63,867 bases of DNA from Rhodoluna sp. (GTDB lineage Bacteria > Actinomycetota > Actinomycetes > Actinomycetales > Microbacteriaceae): the NCBI GenBank assembly GCA_044372535.1, contig JBILRS010000001.1, positions 1 through 63,867 of the forward strand, read 5' to 3'. Below, piece by piece: positions 28,660 to 38,383 of the stretch. Made by a program: the position numbers and the translations under genes. Position 1 is the stretch's first letter. Each line of letters starts with the position of its first letter. The notes under the pieces are model-generated. The model was not told where the DNA came from, searched no databases, and saw nothing but the letters and a program-made list of their open reading frames with translations.

Positions 28660-29284
28660 TGTCAACGGCCTTGAACTTGAGCGAATCTAGTTCAATGGCG
28701 AGCTCGATGCCGCGTTCGAAGTAATCGGAGTCAGCGACTTCTTCAAGGCGAGCAATAAGAGCGGCCTTGTCTGAACCAGAAACAAAATTGATGCCAACCG
28801 CCTCGCCAAGCGCGCTGGTTACCTGCTTGGAAAGCGCGTTGATGAAACCGTCGGCTGCGAGGGTGTACTTAACTTCTTCTTCAGAAACCTTTGCGGTGTT
28901 GACCACCACGAAAGACTGCTCGGCCTCGATGAGTTTGGTCACGCGAACCAAGACCTCCGGGTGAAAAACGACGTCTCCGTTCAACCAGAGGACTCCCCCG
29001 TCGCCCGAGGCACGAAGGGCCTTGAGGAGACTCTTGGAGGTGTTGGTCTGGTCGTACATCTCGTTGTAAACGAAGTTCGCAGCCGGGAAGCGCTCAATGA
29101 TTGCTTCGAGTTTGAAGCCCACCACAATGGTTGGCCGGTATTCGACGCCGAATGCGGCGTCCAAGTTGTCGAACTGCTGCTGCATAATCGAGCGGCCGTC
29201 GCGAAGCTGAGTTAGTGGCTTCGGTAGTGGCCGAGCAAGGCGCGTGCCCATGCCGGCGGCGAGAATGACAACCTGTTTAGACAT
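28592..29284 (-). CDS. NTP transferase (LicC/phosphocholine cytidylyltransferase-like)
   Basis: VILAAGMGTRL..PKPL; TNTSKSL; LNGDVV; EIDFDEDL. Confidence 0.8.
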   Translation of the reverse strand: MSKQVVILAAGMGTRLARPLPKPLTQLRDGRSIMQQQFDNLDAAFGVEYRPTIVVGFKLEAIIERFPAANFVYNEMYDQTNTSKSLLKALRASGDGGVLWLNGDVVFHPEVLVRVTKLIEAEQSFVVVNTAKVSEEEVKYTLAADGFINALSKQVTSALGEAVGINFVSGSDKAALIARLEEVADSDYFERGIELAIELDSLKFKAVDITDLYAVEIDFDEDLARANEFF

Positions 29285-29293
29285 GCGTCAAGT

Positions 29294-31774
29294 CTATGGA
29301 ACCGCTAGGACTTGACCCACCTGAATGACGTCTGAGGTGAGTTTGTTTAGCGCCTTGAGAATTGCGACCGTGGTCTTGAACTTGATGGCAATGCCACCCA
29401 GGGTGTCGCCGGCCACAACCTTGTAGGTCTTGGAGTTGTTGACCGGTGGCTTGTTCTCAACGTTTGCTCCGGTAGGTACCTGCTGAAGCAGCTTGGGATC
29501 AACGTCGACGTAACCCGGGCCATTGCCACGCAGCTCGCGGTAGGTAACGCTGCTGGTGATCGGGCGCTTTTTACCTGCCGAAATGAAGTAGCCCTGCTTG
29601 GTTGTGGAGTCACGAGCCAACTGGGCGATCGAACCCTCGGCATAGACGAAACTTGAGCAGTTTGCTGAGCTGAACGCGATCGGCTTGCCAGGCCAGGCTG
29701 AAACTGCGGCGGTGTCGACTTCTAGAAGCTTGCCGAAGTGCGGCATCCAAGCCTTGCCGTTGCAGCGCACCAAGCGCCCGGAATACTTGATCTGCTTGTA
29801 GCTGGTGACCGCAGCGTCGGCGACAACTCGGGGTGCTCGAAGTTTCAGCAGACCGAAGGCGTTTTCATCGCTGAACGAAACCAGGCGCGTGTAGGCGTCG
29901 ACGAGGTAGAGCGTGCGGCTCTTCTTGGCGCGAAGCGTGACTCCTGGGGCGTAGACCATTGGGCCTTCTTGCAGCTGCGCGAGAGCGGTAGCACCGAAAC
30001 TGGTAACCGGTGCACCGAGGCTCGACTTGAGCAAGCTCACATCGGTCTTAGATGCCACGAGGCGCTTCTGGTTGCCGGCAATCAGCAGAACCGCACCGGT
30101 CGAGGTTTGGGCCATAACCGGTGTTGAAATTGCCGGCCCCGCGTTGGGTATTTGGTTGGTGAACTCAACATTCACAATTGCCGGATTAGGGGTTACCTCG
30201 GCAGGTTTCAAGAGTTCGCGCCTGCCGTCTTGGGTCAGCAGGAAGGTGCCTGCCGTGCTCTTGACATAGGGGCCTACGGTCTCGCTGCTGTATACCTTCG
30301 AGAGTCCGGCCGCGGTCAATGTGCCCGATGACTTGGCGAACCAATCCGAGAAGTCGATTTCTTTGGCGAGCTCGGTGTTGAGCTCAAAGAACTTGCCTCC
30401 AACTAAGACCCCGGGATTGCCCGTGGTCTTGTTTTTGAAGACTGTTCCCGGTTTTGCAACGGGGACACCCCAGGGCAGGTGACTAAAGGCTGAGAGGCGT
30501 AGCGAACTCTTGACCGGCAGTTTCAGATTTGCCGCGGTCACACTGGCATCGTCCAAGATCTGGCGTTTTTCGCCGCCATCAACGAGGTAGCGACTGCCGT
30601 CTGGTTCAACCACAAGAGAGGTTGCGCTACCGCCGTTAGGGAGTGCTGCTAGCTGGTTTGTGGTGAGAGTGACAGCTAGCGCGCATTCGAGACCGAGGGT
30701 CAGTGCGACCGCGCAGCCGGCCACCGTGAACTTCTTACCCTGATCAACCAAGAACAGCGCCCCGGTGCTCGACTTGACCAAGCGGGTCACCGGTCCGGCA
30801 TCTGCGAAGGAGTCAAGGTAGGCGTCAGAGATCTTGCCCAGCGGGCCAAGCGGAGCTAGCGAGGCAACCAGTTCTGGGTCATCGATGAGGTACTTTTGCG
30901 AATCAACAATCAGGTAGGTTTCAGGCGTTGAGCCCTTCAGGAGGAATCCACCACCGATCGGGCTGCCGAACCAGTCCGAGTAGAACCGCCAGAAGTTGCG
31001 GTTGCCGTAAGCGCTGCAGGAGTTACCGCTGCCGTAAAGGTTCTTCAGGGCAATTTCGTTTGGCGTGTAAGGGGTGTAGTAGTAGAGGTTTGCCGTCGCC
31101 TGATTCTTCAGCGGGAATGTCATCTTGCCGCAGCTGGTGTTTGGGTTGTAGAGAATCGAAACGTTTTTGCCCGGCTTTAGGTAAGTGAAAGACCCACGTG
31201 GATCTCCGTACCACTGAAACTGTCCAGCCGCGCGGTGCAGCTGATTGAAGAGGCCGGTGATTACCGAGCCCTTACCGCAAATCTCCGGTTTGGAGTCGGG
31301 GCAACCGTAGCCAGTGGCCGCTCGATACATGTAACCAGTTGGATTCGAAGCCTGAATCAAACCCTGCTCTTTTTGCAGGAGCACTATCAATACGCGCGGG
31401 TTGATGCCGCAGGCATTGGCAACGTCGAAGATGATCTGCGCCGCTGTCTGATCTTTCTTCGCTGGCAGAGCTTTGCATCTGCCGTCTTCGGCAGCTTTGG
31501 CCTGGGTGTCCTGCTTGTAATAACGCAGACAGGTTGGCCCGCCATCGTTGGCGTTGCAAATCGGCACCTTGCTGTCTAGAAAGCGCTGGATCTCGGCAAC
31601 GGTCATCGTGCCAAAGTCGAAGAAAACGCTGTCACTCATGATCAAACCGGGGTCGAACATCTTGCCGTTTTGGGCGGCCTGCGAAGGCTGACTCGGGGCA
31701 ATCGCGGTCAGACCAGCCACGACCAGCAGTATTGCTAATACGGTCGAGGTGGCTCTGCGGATTGCCTTGAACAT
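29294..31774 (-). CDS. Secreted LysM-domain protein with Cys-rich N-terminal domain and internal repeats
   Basis: Signal peptide; LLQKEQGL, GYGCPD, YYYTPY, YGNRNFW; C-terminal YKVVAGDTLGGIA...LNKL...IQVGQVL LysM. Confidence 0.85.
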   Translation of the reverse strand: MFKAIRRATSTVLAILLVVAGLTAIAPSQPSQAAQNGKMFDPGLIMSDSVFFDFGTMTVAEIQRFLDSKVPICNANDGGPTCLRYYKQDTQAKAAEDGRCKALPAKKDQTAAQIIFDVANACGINPRVLIVLLQKEQGLIQASNPTGYMYRAATGYGCPDSKPEICGKGSVITGLFNQLHRAAGQFQWYGDPRGSFTYLKPGKNVSILYNPNTSCGKMTFPLKNQATANLYYYTPYTPNEIALKNLYGSGNSCSAYGNRNFWRFYSDWFGSPIGGGFLLKGSTPETYLIVDSQKYLIDDPELVASLAPLGPLGKISDAYLDSFADAGPVTRLVKSSTGALFLVDQGKKFTVAGCAVALTLGLECALAVTLTTNQLAALPNGGSATSLVVEPDGSRYLVDGGEKRQILDDASVTAANLKLPVKSSLRLSAFSHLPWGVPVAKPGTVFKNKTTGNPGVLVGGKFFELNTELAKEIDFSDWFAKSSGTLTAAGLSKVYSSETVGPYVKSTAGTFLLTQDGRRELLKPAEVTPNPAIVNVEFTNQIPNAGPAISTPVMAQTSTGAVLLIAGNQKRLVASKTDVSLLKSSLGAPVTSFGATALAQLQEGPMVYAPGVTLRAKKSRTLYLVDAYTRLVSFSDENAFGLLKLRAPRVVADAAVTSYKQIKYSGRLVRCNGKAWMPHFGKLLEVDTAAVSAWPGKPIAFSSANCSSFVYAEGSIAQLARDSTTKQGYFISAGKKRPITSSVTYRELRGNGPGYVDVDPKLLQQVPTGANVENKPPVNNSKTYKVVAGDTLGGIAIKFKTTVAILKALNKLTSDVIQVGQVLAVP

Positions 31775-31777
31775 GAG

Positions 31778-32245
31778 TTAGGGGATATCTACTTGGCTGG
31801 GCGCCGAAACACCCGACGAGGTGGACGAGAGGTAGCTGATGGTGAAGGTGGCTGGGCCCGAGACAAAACCGGTGCGCGGCAAGAACATCGGGAAGCACTG
31901 GGTATCGGTCACGTTCGACTCCGCTTTCACGGTGACCTCTTTCTTGGTGCCCGCTTGGCTCACGGTCAGAGTGCAGGTTCCGCCGTCTTCGCTGACGTTC
32001 GGTACGTTAGCAATCACGTCGATGCCGCTCGCATCTGCCGTTGCATCGAAGACCACAACTTCGACCTTGTCTAGATCAGGTGAACTGGTCGGTTCTTGAG
32101 TTGGCGTAGGCGAGTCGCTGGGCTGAGCGGTCGTCGGGTTATCGGTCGGTCTGAGGGCATCCCAGTTTGGCATCAAGAAGTCGCAGCCCGCCAAAGGCAG
32201 GGTTGCGCAAATGATTACTGCGGCCGAGACGATTCTGAACTTCAT
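31778..32245 (-). CDS. Hypothetical lipoprotein with Pro/Thr/Ser linker
   Basis: Lipobox LAGC; P/T/S-rich linker; two-Cys beta domain; AAGGAGG SD. Confidence 0.8.
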   Translation of the reverse strand: MKFRIVSAAVIICATLPLAGCDFLMPNWDALRPTDNPTTAQPSDSPTPTQEPTSSPDLDKVEVVVFDATADASGIDVIANVPNVSEDGGTCTLTVSQAGTKKEVTVKAESNVTDTQCFPMFLPRTGFVSGPATFTISYLSSTSSGVSAPSQVDIP

Positions 32246-32355
32246 TCAGAGGTCCTCCTTAATCCGAAAAAGCCGAATAAACGCCTTTCAGCGCCTAATT
32301 CAAGAGTAAGACGGTTACCTGTGTGATGGCTGTAAGCGAGCGAGAATCATCTGGC

Positions 32356-33363
32356 TCAAGAAATGCGGCTCTTGTCAACGGTTGCCATGTTAGCGCCCCG
32401 AATGAGCCCGACCCAGAAACCAACGCCCCAGCAGATGTGCATGGTTGGCAGCACCACGAGAAGCGCGAGCCGGGAGCTGAGCGAGAGGCCTGGCGAAACC
32501 ATCGCGACCGCGGCAACGATGAAAAGGTAGAAACCGGTCGGGATGATGCCGATAACGTGACCTGTCGCAAGGACTCCGAGCCCAGCCGCCTGAGCGAGCA
32601 CCGCGAGTGGCGGAACAAAATAACGCTTGGACGTCGTTTTGAGAGACCTGCGCGATAACTCACCGCGCCAGACCCCAGTTGAGTAGAACTGTTTTGCCAG
32701 GTGCTTGAATCTGGCACGTGGCCAGTAGGTGACACCCAGCTCCGGGCTGAACCAAACCAGACCGCCGGTCGCTCGAATGCGCCTGGCTAGATCCCAGTCT
32801 TCACCTCGGATAACGCCCTCGTCGTAGCCGTCAACGCGAGTCAACGCAGATTTTCTGAAGATGCCTAGATACGCACTCTCGGCTTCGCCAGCTTGACCAC
32901 CGACGTGATATGAGGCTCCGCCGATGCCGAATCGACTGGTGTAAGCCCAGGCAACTGCTTTCTGGAACGGCGTCACACCCTTGGCCGCCATGATGCCGCC
33001 AAGAAGATCGGCTCCGGTTTCTAGAAGAATCTCGATGCCGCGAGACAGGTAGTTTGCCTGTGGTTCGCTGTGCGCATCGACTCGAACGATGTAGTCGAAT
33101 CGAGTCTCTTTGATTGCCTTGTTGAGCCCGACGGTGGTTAGACCCCTCGGGTTATCGATCAATCGAATTCTCTTGTCGGCCTTGGCAAGTTTTGCAGCGA
33201 CGGCGTTGGTCTTGTCGTTGCTCGGGCCGAGTGCAAGAAGTAGTTCAATTTCGCCTGGATAGTTCTGGGTCAGCACCGAAGTCACAGCGGCTTCGAGGTA
33301 ATTCTCTTCGTTGAGAACTGGCATCAAAACGCTCAGTGCTGGGTAACTTGCTTGCTTTGCCAT
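32356..33363 (-). CDS. Glycosyltransferase family 2 (ExoA-like)
   Basis: SVLMPVLNEE, VRVDAH, GEDWDL, C-terminal TMs. Confidence 0.9.
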   Translation of the reverse strand: MAKQASYPALSVLMPVLNEENYLEAAVTSVLTQNYPGEIELLLALGPSNDKTNAVAAKLAKADKRIRLIDNPRGLTTVGLNKAIKETRFDYIVRVDAHSEPQANYLSRGIEILLETGADLLGGIMAAKGVTPFQKAVAWAYTSRFGIGGASYHVGGQAGEAESAYLGIFRKSALTRVDGYDEGVIRGEDWDLARRIRATGGLVWFSPELGVTYWPRARFKHLAKQFYSTGVWRGELSRRSLKTTSKRYFVPPLAVLAQAAGLGVLATGHVIGIIPTGFYLFIVAAVAMVSPGLSLSSRLALLVVLPTMHICWGVGFWVGLIRGANMATVDKSRIS

Positions 33364-33367
33364 TCGA

Positions 33368-34156
33368 CTAGTCGATTGTCGTGGAATTGATGTGCTCGTT
33401 GTAGGCGTCAATAACCTCTTGAGGGTCGCCGTCCATTTTGAGGTCACCCTTTTCGATCCAGATGACTCTAGTGCAGGTGTCAAGAATCGACTTCATGCTG
33501 TGGCTCACCAAGAAGACGGTGCCGGCCTCGTCGCGCATCTGGCGCATCCTGGCCTCAGACTTCATTCTGAAGTTTTGGTCGCCTACCGAAAGGGCTTCAT
33601 CGATGATCAGGATGTCGTGGTTTCTTGATGCCGCGATCGCGAATCGAAGTCTCGCCGACATTCCGCTCGAGTAGGTGCGCATTGGCAGGTCGATGAATTC
33701 CGAGATGCCGGCAAATTCTGTAATGTCGGGGACCTTGGCGGTGATCTCCTTCTTGCTGTAGCCCATCGCCAAACCACCCATGATGATGTTCTTTTCGCCG
33801 GTCAAAGCTGGCAGCAGAACCGCACCGACGCCGAGCAAGCTTGGTCGAGCCGACGCAAAAACGCTGCCCGATTTCAACGGGGTGAGACCCGCGATGGCGC
33901 GCATGAGCGAGGACTTGCCCGAACCGTTACTGCCGATGATTCCGACGGTGTCGCCCTCGTAGATCGTGAACGAGACGCCTTTGACGGCGTGAACCTCGCG
34001 GAAGCGTAACTTCTTGGTGAATAGCCCACCCCTGGCCATGTTGCCGGTGACCCTGCGGCCGGTTCCGAAAACCTTGTAGACGACGTGCGCGTTGTCGACG
34101 ATGACTACCGGGCGACGAGTTTCGGCCTTCTTGGTCTGCTTAGTCTTCGCGGCCAT
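33368..34156 (-). CDS. Polysaccharide/teichoic acid export ABC ATPase (Wzt/TagH-like)
   Basis: GSNGSGKS Walker A, YSSGM signature, ILIIDE, VSH. Confidence 0.92.
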   Translation of the reverse strand: MAAKTKQTKKAETRRPVVIVDNAHVVYKVFGTGRRVTGNMARGGLFTKKLRFREVHAVKGVSFTIYEGDTVGIIGSNGSGKSSLMRAIAGLTPLKSGSVFASARPSLLGVGAVLLPALTGEKNIIMGGLAMGYSKKEITAKVPDITEFAGISEFIDLPMRTYSSGMSARLRFAIAASRNHDILIIDEALSVGDQNFRMKSEARMRQMRDEAGTVFLVSHSMKSILDTCTRVIWIEKGDLKMDGDPQEVIDAYNEHINSTTID

Positions 34157-34991
34157 GACGCTCCTCAACTCTCCAGAAGAGAACGATGCTGATGAGAGGT
34201 AGCAAGATTGCCCAACCGGCGCAGATCCACCAGGTCGCCGCGTTGACCGAGTAGTCACGAATCAGGAGCCCGCGAGCGAGGTCCATGAAAGACGAGTAAG
34301 GGTTGAAGCGCATGATTTCGAGGGCGACCGGGTAGTTTGCCAAAATCTTCTCGATGCTGAAGAAGACTCCGCTGGCGTAGAAAGCCAACCTGAAAAGAAA
34401 CGGCAGAAGTTTGTTTAGGTCAGGAAACTGAACGGTCATTCGAGCAGCCAGCATCGAGCTACCGACACCGAACAGCAGCATCAGAAGTGTGGCGGGAACA
34501 ATTAGCAACCACTGCCAAGTGACTGGGTTGCCGAATACAACTATGGTCACCAATAAGAGCCCGAGCTGAGGCAGAAAGTTGATGAACTGCTTGATCGTGG
34601 CAGCAATCGGCAGCAAAACTCTCGGGAAGCTGAGGCTCTTTACGAGACCGGCATTACTAGTTACCGAAGTAGCGCCAGAGGTGAAGGCTTGCTGCATGAA
34701 CGAAAACAGAAAGACGCCGCAGAACAGGTACTCGATGAAGTGCAGCGGGCGATTTTCTGAACCCATGATGAAGCCGAAGACGATTCCGTAAAGGCCGCCC
34801 TGAAGTGCCGGGGTGATGATCAACCACCAGCGACCGAGGCGGTTGCGAGCGTTGTCAGAAGCACTAGTGAAGGTGGCGAGAGCAAGTGCGAACTCGCGTC
34901 TTTGCCAAGACTCTTTGAGGTATGCGAAGAATGGTGGGCGAGCGCCAACGCGTTTGAGGCCATTTTCGGCAGCGTATTTTGCGAGATCCAA
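34140..34991 (-). CDS. Polysaccharide/teichoic acid export ABC permease (Wzm/TagG-like)
   Basis: LGRWW..P, FPRVLLP, FYASGVFF, NP motifs; about 6 TM. Confidence 0.9.
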   Translation of the reverse strand: MDLAKYAAENGLKRVGARPPFFAYLKESWQRREFALALATFTSASDNARNRLGRWWLIITPALQGGLYGIVFGFIMGSENRPLHFIEYLFCGVFLFSFMQQAFTSGATSVTSNAGLVKSLSFPRVLLPIAATIKQFINFLPQLGLLLVTIVVFGNPVTWQWLLIVPATLLMLLFGVGSSMLAARMTVQFPDLNKLLPFLFRLAFYASGVFFSIEKILANYPVALEIMRFNPYSSFMDLARGLLIRDYSVNAATWWICAGWAILLPLISIVLFWRVEERHGRED

Positions 34992-35015
34992 AGCATCCCT
35001 CCTGTCTTTGAAAGT

Positions 35016-36284
35016 TTAGTTGCTGGCCTTAATGGCTTTAGCGATGGCGGCTTGGATCTTTTCGTAGTTAGGCAGATCTGGCTCAAAACCGTTCTTCGGC
35101 ACCAACTCGACCGAGCGAGACTTTTTGCCTCGCGAGTTAAGCACTAGGTCGAAATAGGTGGCAGCCATGCCATCCGGGATGTCGGTGTCCACGAGCGTCT
35201 TGGCAGCACCGGCTAGAGCTTCAAAGTGGGTCAGAGCATAGCTTGGGGTCAACTTCTTCAAGATCAACTGCTCGATCTCGCGTTGGCGGGCCATGCGCGA
35301 ATAGTCGGAGGTTCCGTGACGGCTTCTGGCGTACCAGAGGGCGTGATAGCCATCGAGTCGCTGCACCCCTGTTTCAATCCACCCGATGGCGTCTGAAGTG
35401 TCGTCGAGCTGGCCTCCGATCGGCAGGCGCTCTTTGACATTCACGGTCAAGCCGCCGAGGGCATCCACCAGCTGCTTGAAACCCGACATGTTCACCATGA
35501 CGAATGAATGAATCTCGAGCCCGGTTACACCCTCAACCAATTCGCGAGTGGCCTCGATACCCGGCGCTGACCCGTTCTTCACGGCATCTGGGTAGGAGTC
35601 CGCGTGATTGTCGGTGACATTCTTATAGATGGCATTGATTAGGTCGTCCCAGGACTCCCCGTAAAACTCACGAAGCGGAGAGCTTGCCGGAATCGGTGCG
35701 TGCTGAAGGTTGCGCGGTATGCCGATGTTGACGATGGCGCCGGTGTCGGCGTTGATGCTCATCACCGAAATTGAGTCTGGCCGCACCCCGAACCGGTCGC
35801 GCCCAGCGTCTGAGCCGAGCAGCAAAATGTTGTAGCGGCCGTTGCTCGCAGCCGTGAAACCCTTCTGCGAAAAGATTGAGTCGATGGTGTCGTTTGCGGT
35901 CTTGATGGTGTTGGCCCCGGTCACGAATACGCTCGCGCCCAAGAACGAGAAAATCAGGAACAGCGCGATCATGGTTGTTCGAGCAACCGGGTAAAGGCGA
36001 CCGAGGAGGCTCAGCCTGAAGGCGTCCAGCAGCAGAATTGCAAAACCGATGCCGTAGCCGAAAAGAACCACCGTGAATATTCCGCCGAGCCAAGGAGTGG
36101 CAATCAGAGTTAGCGCCCACGAACGCTTGACCAAGAAAAGCAAACCGAAAAGGACGATCGCGGCCCAGCCGACTATTGTCGCGCGAATACCGATCTTGCC
36201 AAGCAGTCGGTTGCCGGCCAGCAACTGAGGGCTACCGGGTAGCAGCACCCCTAAGGCGAGCAGGAAGATTGCACGCTTGCGCAT
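35016..36284 (-). CDS. LCP (LytR-CpsA-Psr) family phosphotransferase
   Basis: NILLLGSD..RPDSI, IPRNL, INAIY, ALWYARSR..SDYSRMARQR. Confidence 0.92.
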   Translation of the reverse strand: MRKRAIFLLALGVLLPGSPQLLAGNRLLGKIGIRATIVGWAAIVLFGLLFLVKRSWALTLIATPWLGGIFTVVLFGYGIGFAILLLDAFRLSLLGRLYPVARTTMIALFLIFSFLGASVFVTGANTIKTANDTIDSIFSQKGFTAASNGRYNILLLGSDAGRDRFGVRPDSISVMSINADTGAIVNIGIPRNLQHAPIPASSPLREFYGESWDDLINAIYKNVTDNHADSYPDAVKNGSAPGIEATRELVEGVTGLEIHSFVMVNMSGFKQLVDALGGLTVNVKERLPIGGQLDDTSDAIGWIETGVQRLDGYHALWYARSRHGTSDYSRMARQREIEQLILKKLTPSYALTHFEALAGAAKTLVDTDIPDGMAATYFDLVLNSRGKKSRSVELVPKNGFEPDLPNYEKIQAAIAKAIKASN

Positions 36285-36328
36285 CTGCTGAGGAGTTGCA
36301 GTGTCGAAGCGACGAAACAGAGAGTTGC

Positions 36329-36823
36329 TTAGATCTGAGATTTGAGTTTCTCATTCTTCTCGGCCACGGTGACTTTGAGTGACTCACCAAATGCGGCTAA
36401 CTTTTCGCTCATCGAAGCGTCGTTGGTGCCAATGATTCGGGCGGCCAGGATTCCGGCGTTACGAGCTCCACCAATCGAAACGGTTGCCACCGGGATTCCA
36501 GCGGGCATCTGAACAATCGAAAGCAGCGAGTCCATGCCGTCAAGTTTCGCTAGTGCAACGGGCACACCGACAACCGGAAGAGTGGTGACACTCGCGAGCA
36601 TGCCGGGCAGGTGGGCGGCACCACCAGCACCAGCGATGATCACTTTGATTCCGCGGCCGGCTGCTGCCTTGCCCCACTCAATCATTCGCTCGGGAGTGCG
36701 GTGAGCGCTTAGAACTTCGACCTCGTATTCGATGCCGAACTCTTTGAGAGCCTGGGCGGCGTCAGACATGACACTCCAGTCGGAGTCTGAGCCCATTACT
36801 ACGCCGACGATTGGCTGAACCAA
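36329..36823 (-). CDS. purE: N5-CAIR mutase
   Basis: [30 protein letters not shown]; GGAG SD with TTG start. Confidence 0.96.
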   Translation of the reverse strand: MVQPIVGVVMGSDSDWSVMSDAAQALKEFGIEYEVEVLSAHRTPERMIEWGKAAAGRGIKVIIAGAGGAAHLPGMLASVTTLPVVGVPVALAKLDGMDSLLSIVQMPAGIPVATVSIGGARNAGILAARIIGTNDASMSEKLAAFGESLKVTVAEKNEKLKSQI

Positions 36824-36855
36824 AGCGGTCTCCTGTCGTTATCTAGACAATATTG

Positions 36856-37971
36856 CTATCCGTTGAGCAAAACGGCGGCAGCGGCGCGCGCCTCGGACAA
36901 AGCCCACCCGAGTTCGCTGGCAACGACGGTGACGTGCCCCATCTTTCGACCCTTGCGAGCACTCTTGCCGTAGGTGTGAAACTTTGCGTGCGGGTGAAGC
37001 TGCATGGCGTGCCTGTAGTGGCTAACAAAGTCGTTGCTATCGTCGACGCCGAGCAGGTTGACCATCACCGCGCTCTCGGCCGTCATGTCGGTCGAACCGA
37101 GCGGTAACCCAGAAACGGCTCGCAAATGTTGCTCAAACTGGCTGGTGACCGAGCCCTCAATGCTGAAGTGGCCCGAGTTGTGCGGGCGCATCGCCAACTC
37201 GTTGATGACCAAGCGGCCAACTGAAGTTTCGAACAGCTCGACGGCGAGCACGCCGGTCACATCGAGACCCTCGGCAACACCGCGAGCAATTTCGACCGCT
37301 TGGGCGAGGGTTGCCGCGTATGCATCGGGCGCTGGAGCGAGAACCTCTGCGCAAACACCATCGCGTTGAACGGTTTGAACCAGAGGCCAGGCGCGAAACT
37401 CTCCGGTCGAGCTGCGAGCGCTCAACTGCGCGAGTTCGCGGGTGAAATCGACCTTTTCTTCGGCCAAGAGAGGCGCGAAGGCAAACCAGTCTTCGGCGTC
37501 GGCAACGCTGCGAACCACTCGAACGCCTTTGCCGTCGTAGCCACCGATCGGGGTCTTCAAAATAATTTCTCCGCCGTGCGCGTCCAAGAATTCTTGTAAT
37601 TCTTCGCGGGTGTTGATCTCGGCCCAATCCGGCATCGGGAGGTTTAGCGCACCGAGACGTCGGCGCATTTCAAGTTTGTTTTGCGAAAACCTCAATGCCT
37701 CGGGCGAGGGGTGCACGGCAACGCCCTCGGCAACGAGCGTTTCGAGAATTGCAAGGGGCACGTGCTCGTGATCGAAAGTGATGACATCTACGGTCTTGGC
37801 AAAATCGCGCACGATCTGTAGTTGGTTGTAGTCGCCGACCATGGTTGCTGCGATCGAGGCCGAAGAGTCTTCGGTTTCGGCGAGCACATTGAGTTCGAAG
37901 CCAAGCGCTACAGCTGGTGGAACCATCATGCGAGCAAGCTGCCCGCCGCCGATTACACCGATTTTCACCAT
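36856..37971 (-). CDS. purK: N5-CAIR synthase
   Basis: GGGQLARM, GYDGKG, NELAMRPHNSGH, SQFEQHLR, RKMGHV. Confidence 0.96.
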   Translation of the reverse strand: MVKIGVIGGGQLARMMVPPAVALGFELNVLAETEDSSASIAATMVGDYNQLQIVRDFAKTVDVITFDHEHVPLAILETLVAEGVAVHPSPEALRFSQNKLEMRRRLGALNLPMPDWAEINTREELQEFLDAHGGEIILKTPIGGYDGKGVRVVRSVADAEDWFAFAPLLAEEKVDFTRELAQLSARSSTGEFRAWPLVQTVQRDGVCAEVLAPAPDAYAATLAQAVEIARGVAEGLDVTGVLAVELFETSVGRLVINELAMRPHNSGHFSIEGSVTSQFEQHLRAVSGLPLGSTDMTAESAVMVNLLGVDDSNDFVSHYRHAMQLHPHAKFHTYGKSARKGRKMGHVTVVASELGWALSEARAAAAVLLNG

Positions 37972-37975
37972 GACT

Positions 37976-38380
37976 CTATTTTGCCAGAGCGATCAGTTCG
38001 GCGGCGATCGCCTTCGGCTTTGGATAGCCCTTCAGAACGAGTGGCTCCTCGACCTTGATATTGATAACAACACCCTTGCCGACGCTCCCCGAGATGCTCT
38101 CTATTTCGGCGAACTTTACGGTTCGCTTTGCTCCGAACAACCCGCGCCTGGCAACCAGCTGGCTGTCATAGATGTCCACGAACGTGCCGAGATAGGCCAG
38201 AGTTGGCAGCAGCCAAAACAGGAAGAGCGCCGCACCTAGGCCGGGATATAGAAGCTGACCGAGCAGGCCATCGGGTTGTTTGCCAACGAAAAATCCGAAA
38301 ACAGCGCTGCACGCAGTCAATGCCAGAGTCGGCAACCAAAGTCTGGTGAGTCGCGGCCTTAGGCGTTCTATTTTCTGCAT
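37976..38380 (-). CDS. Bacterial PH-domain-like membrane protein
   Basis: Two TMs followed by RRGLF segment; conserved position between birA and purK. Confidence 0.65.
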   Translation of the reverse strand: MQKIERLRPRLTRLWLPTLALTACSAVFGFFVGKQPDGLLGQLLYPGLGAALFLFWLLPTLAYLGTFVDIYDSQLVARRGLFGAKRTVKFAEIESISGSVGKGVVINIKVEEPLVLKGYPKPKAIAAELIALAK

Positions 38381-38383
38381 CAG

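Noticed and set aside
32250-32350. Structured RNA or MtrA site upstream of the lipoprotein/LysM operon
   Set aside because: Only short weak hairpins and loose GTNAC-like half-sites; matches no riboswitch I recognise
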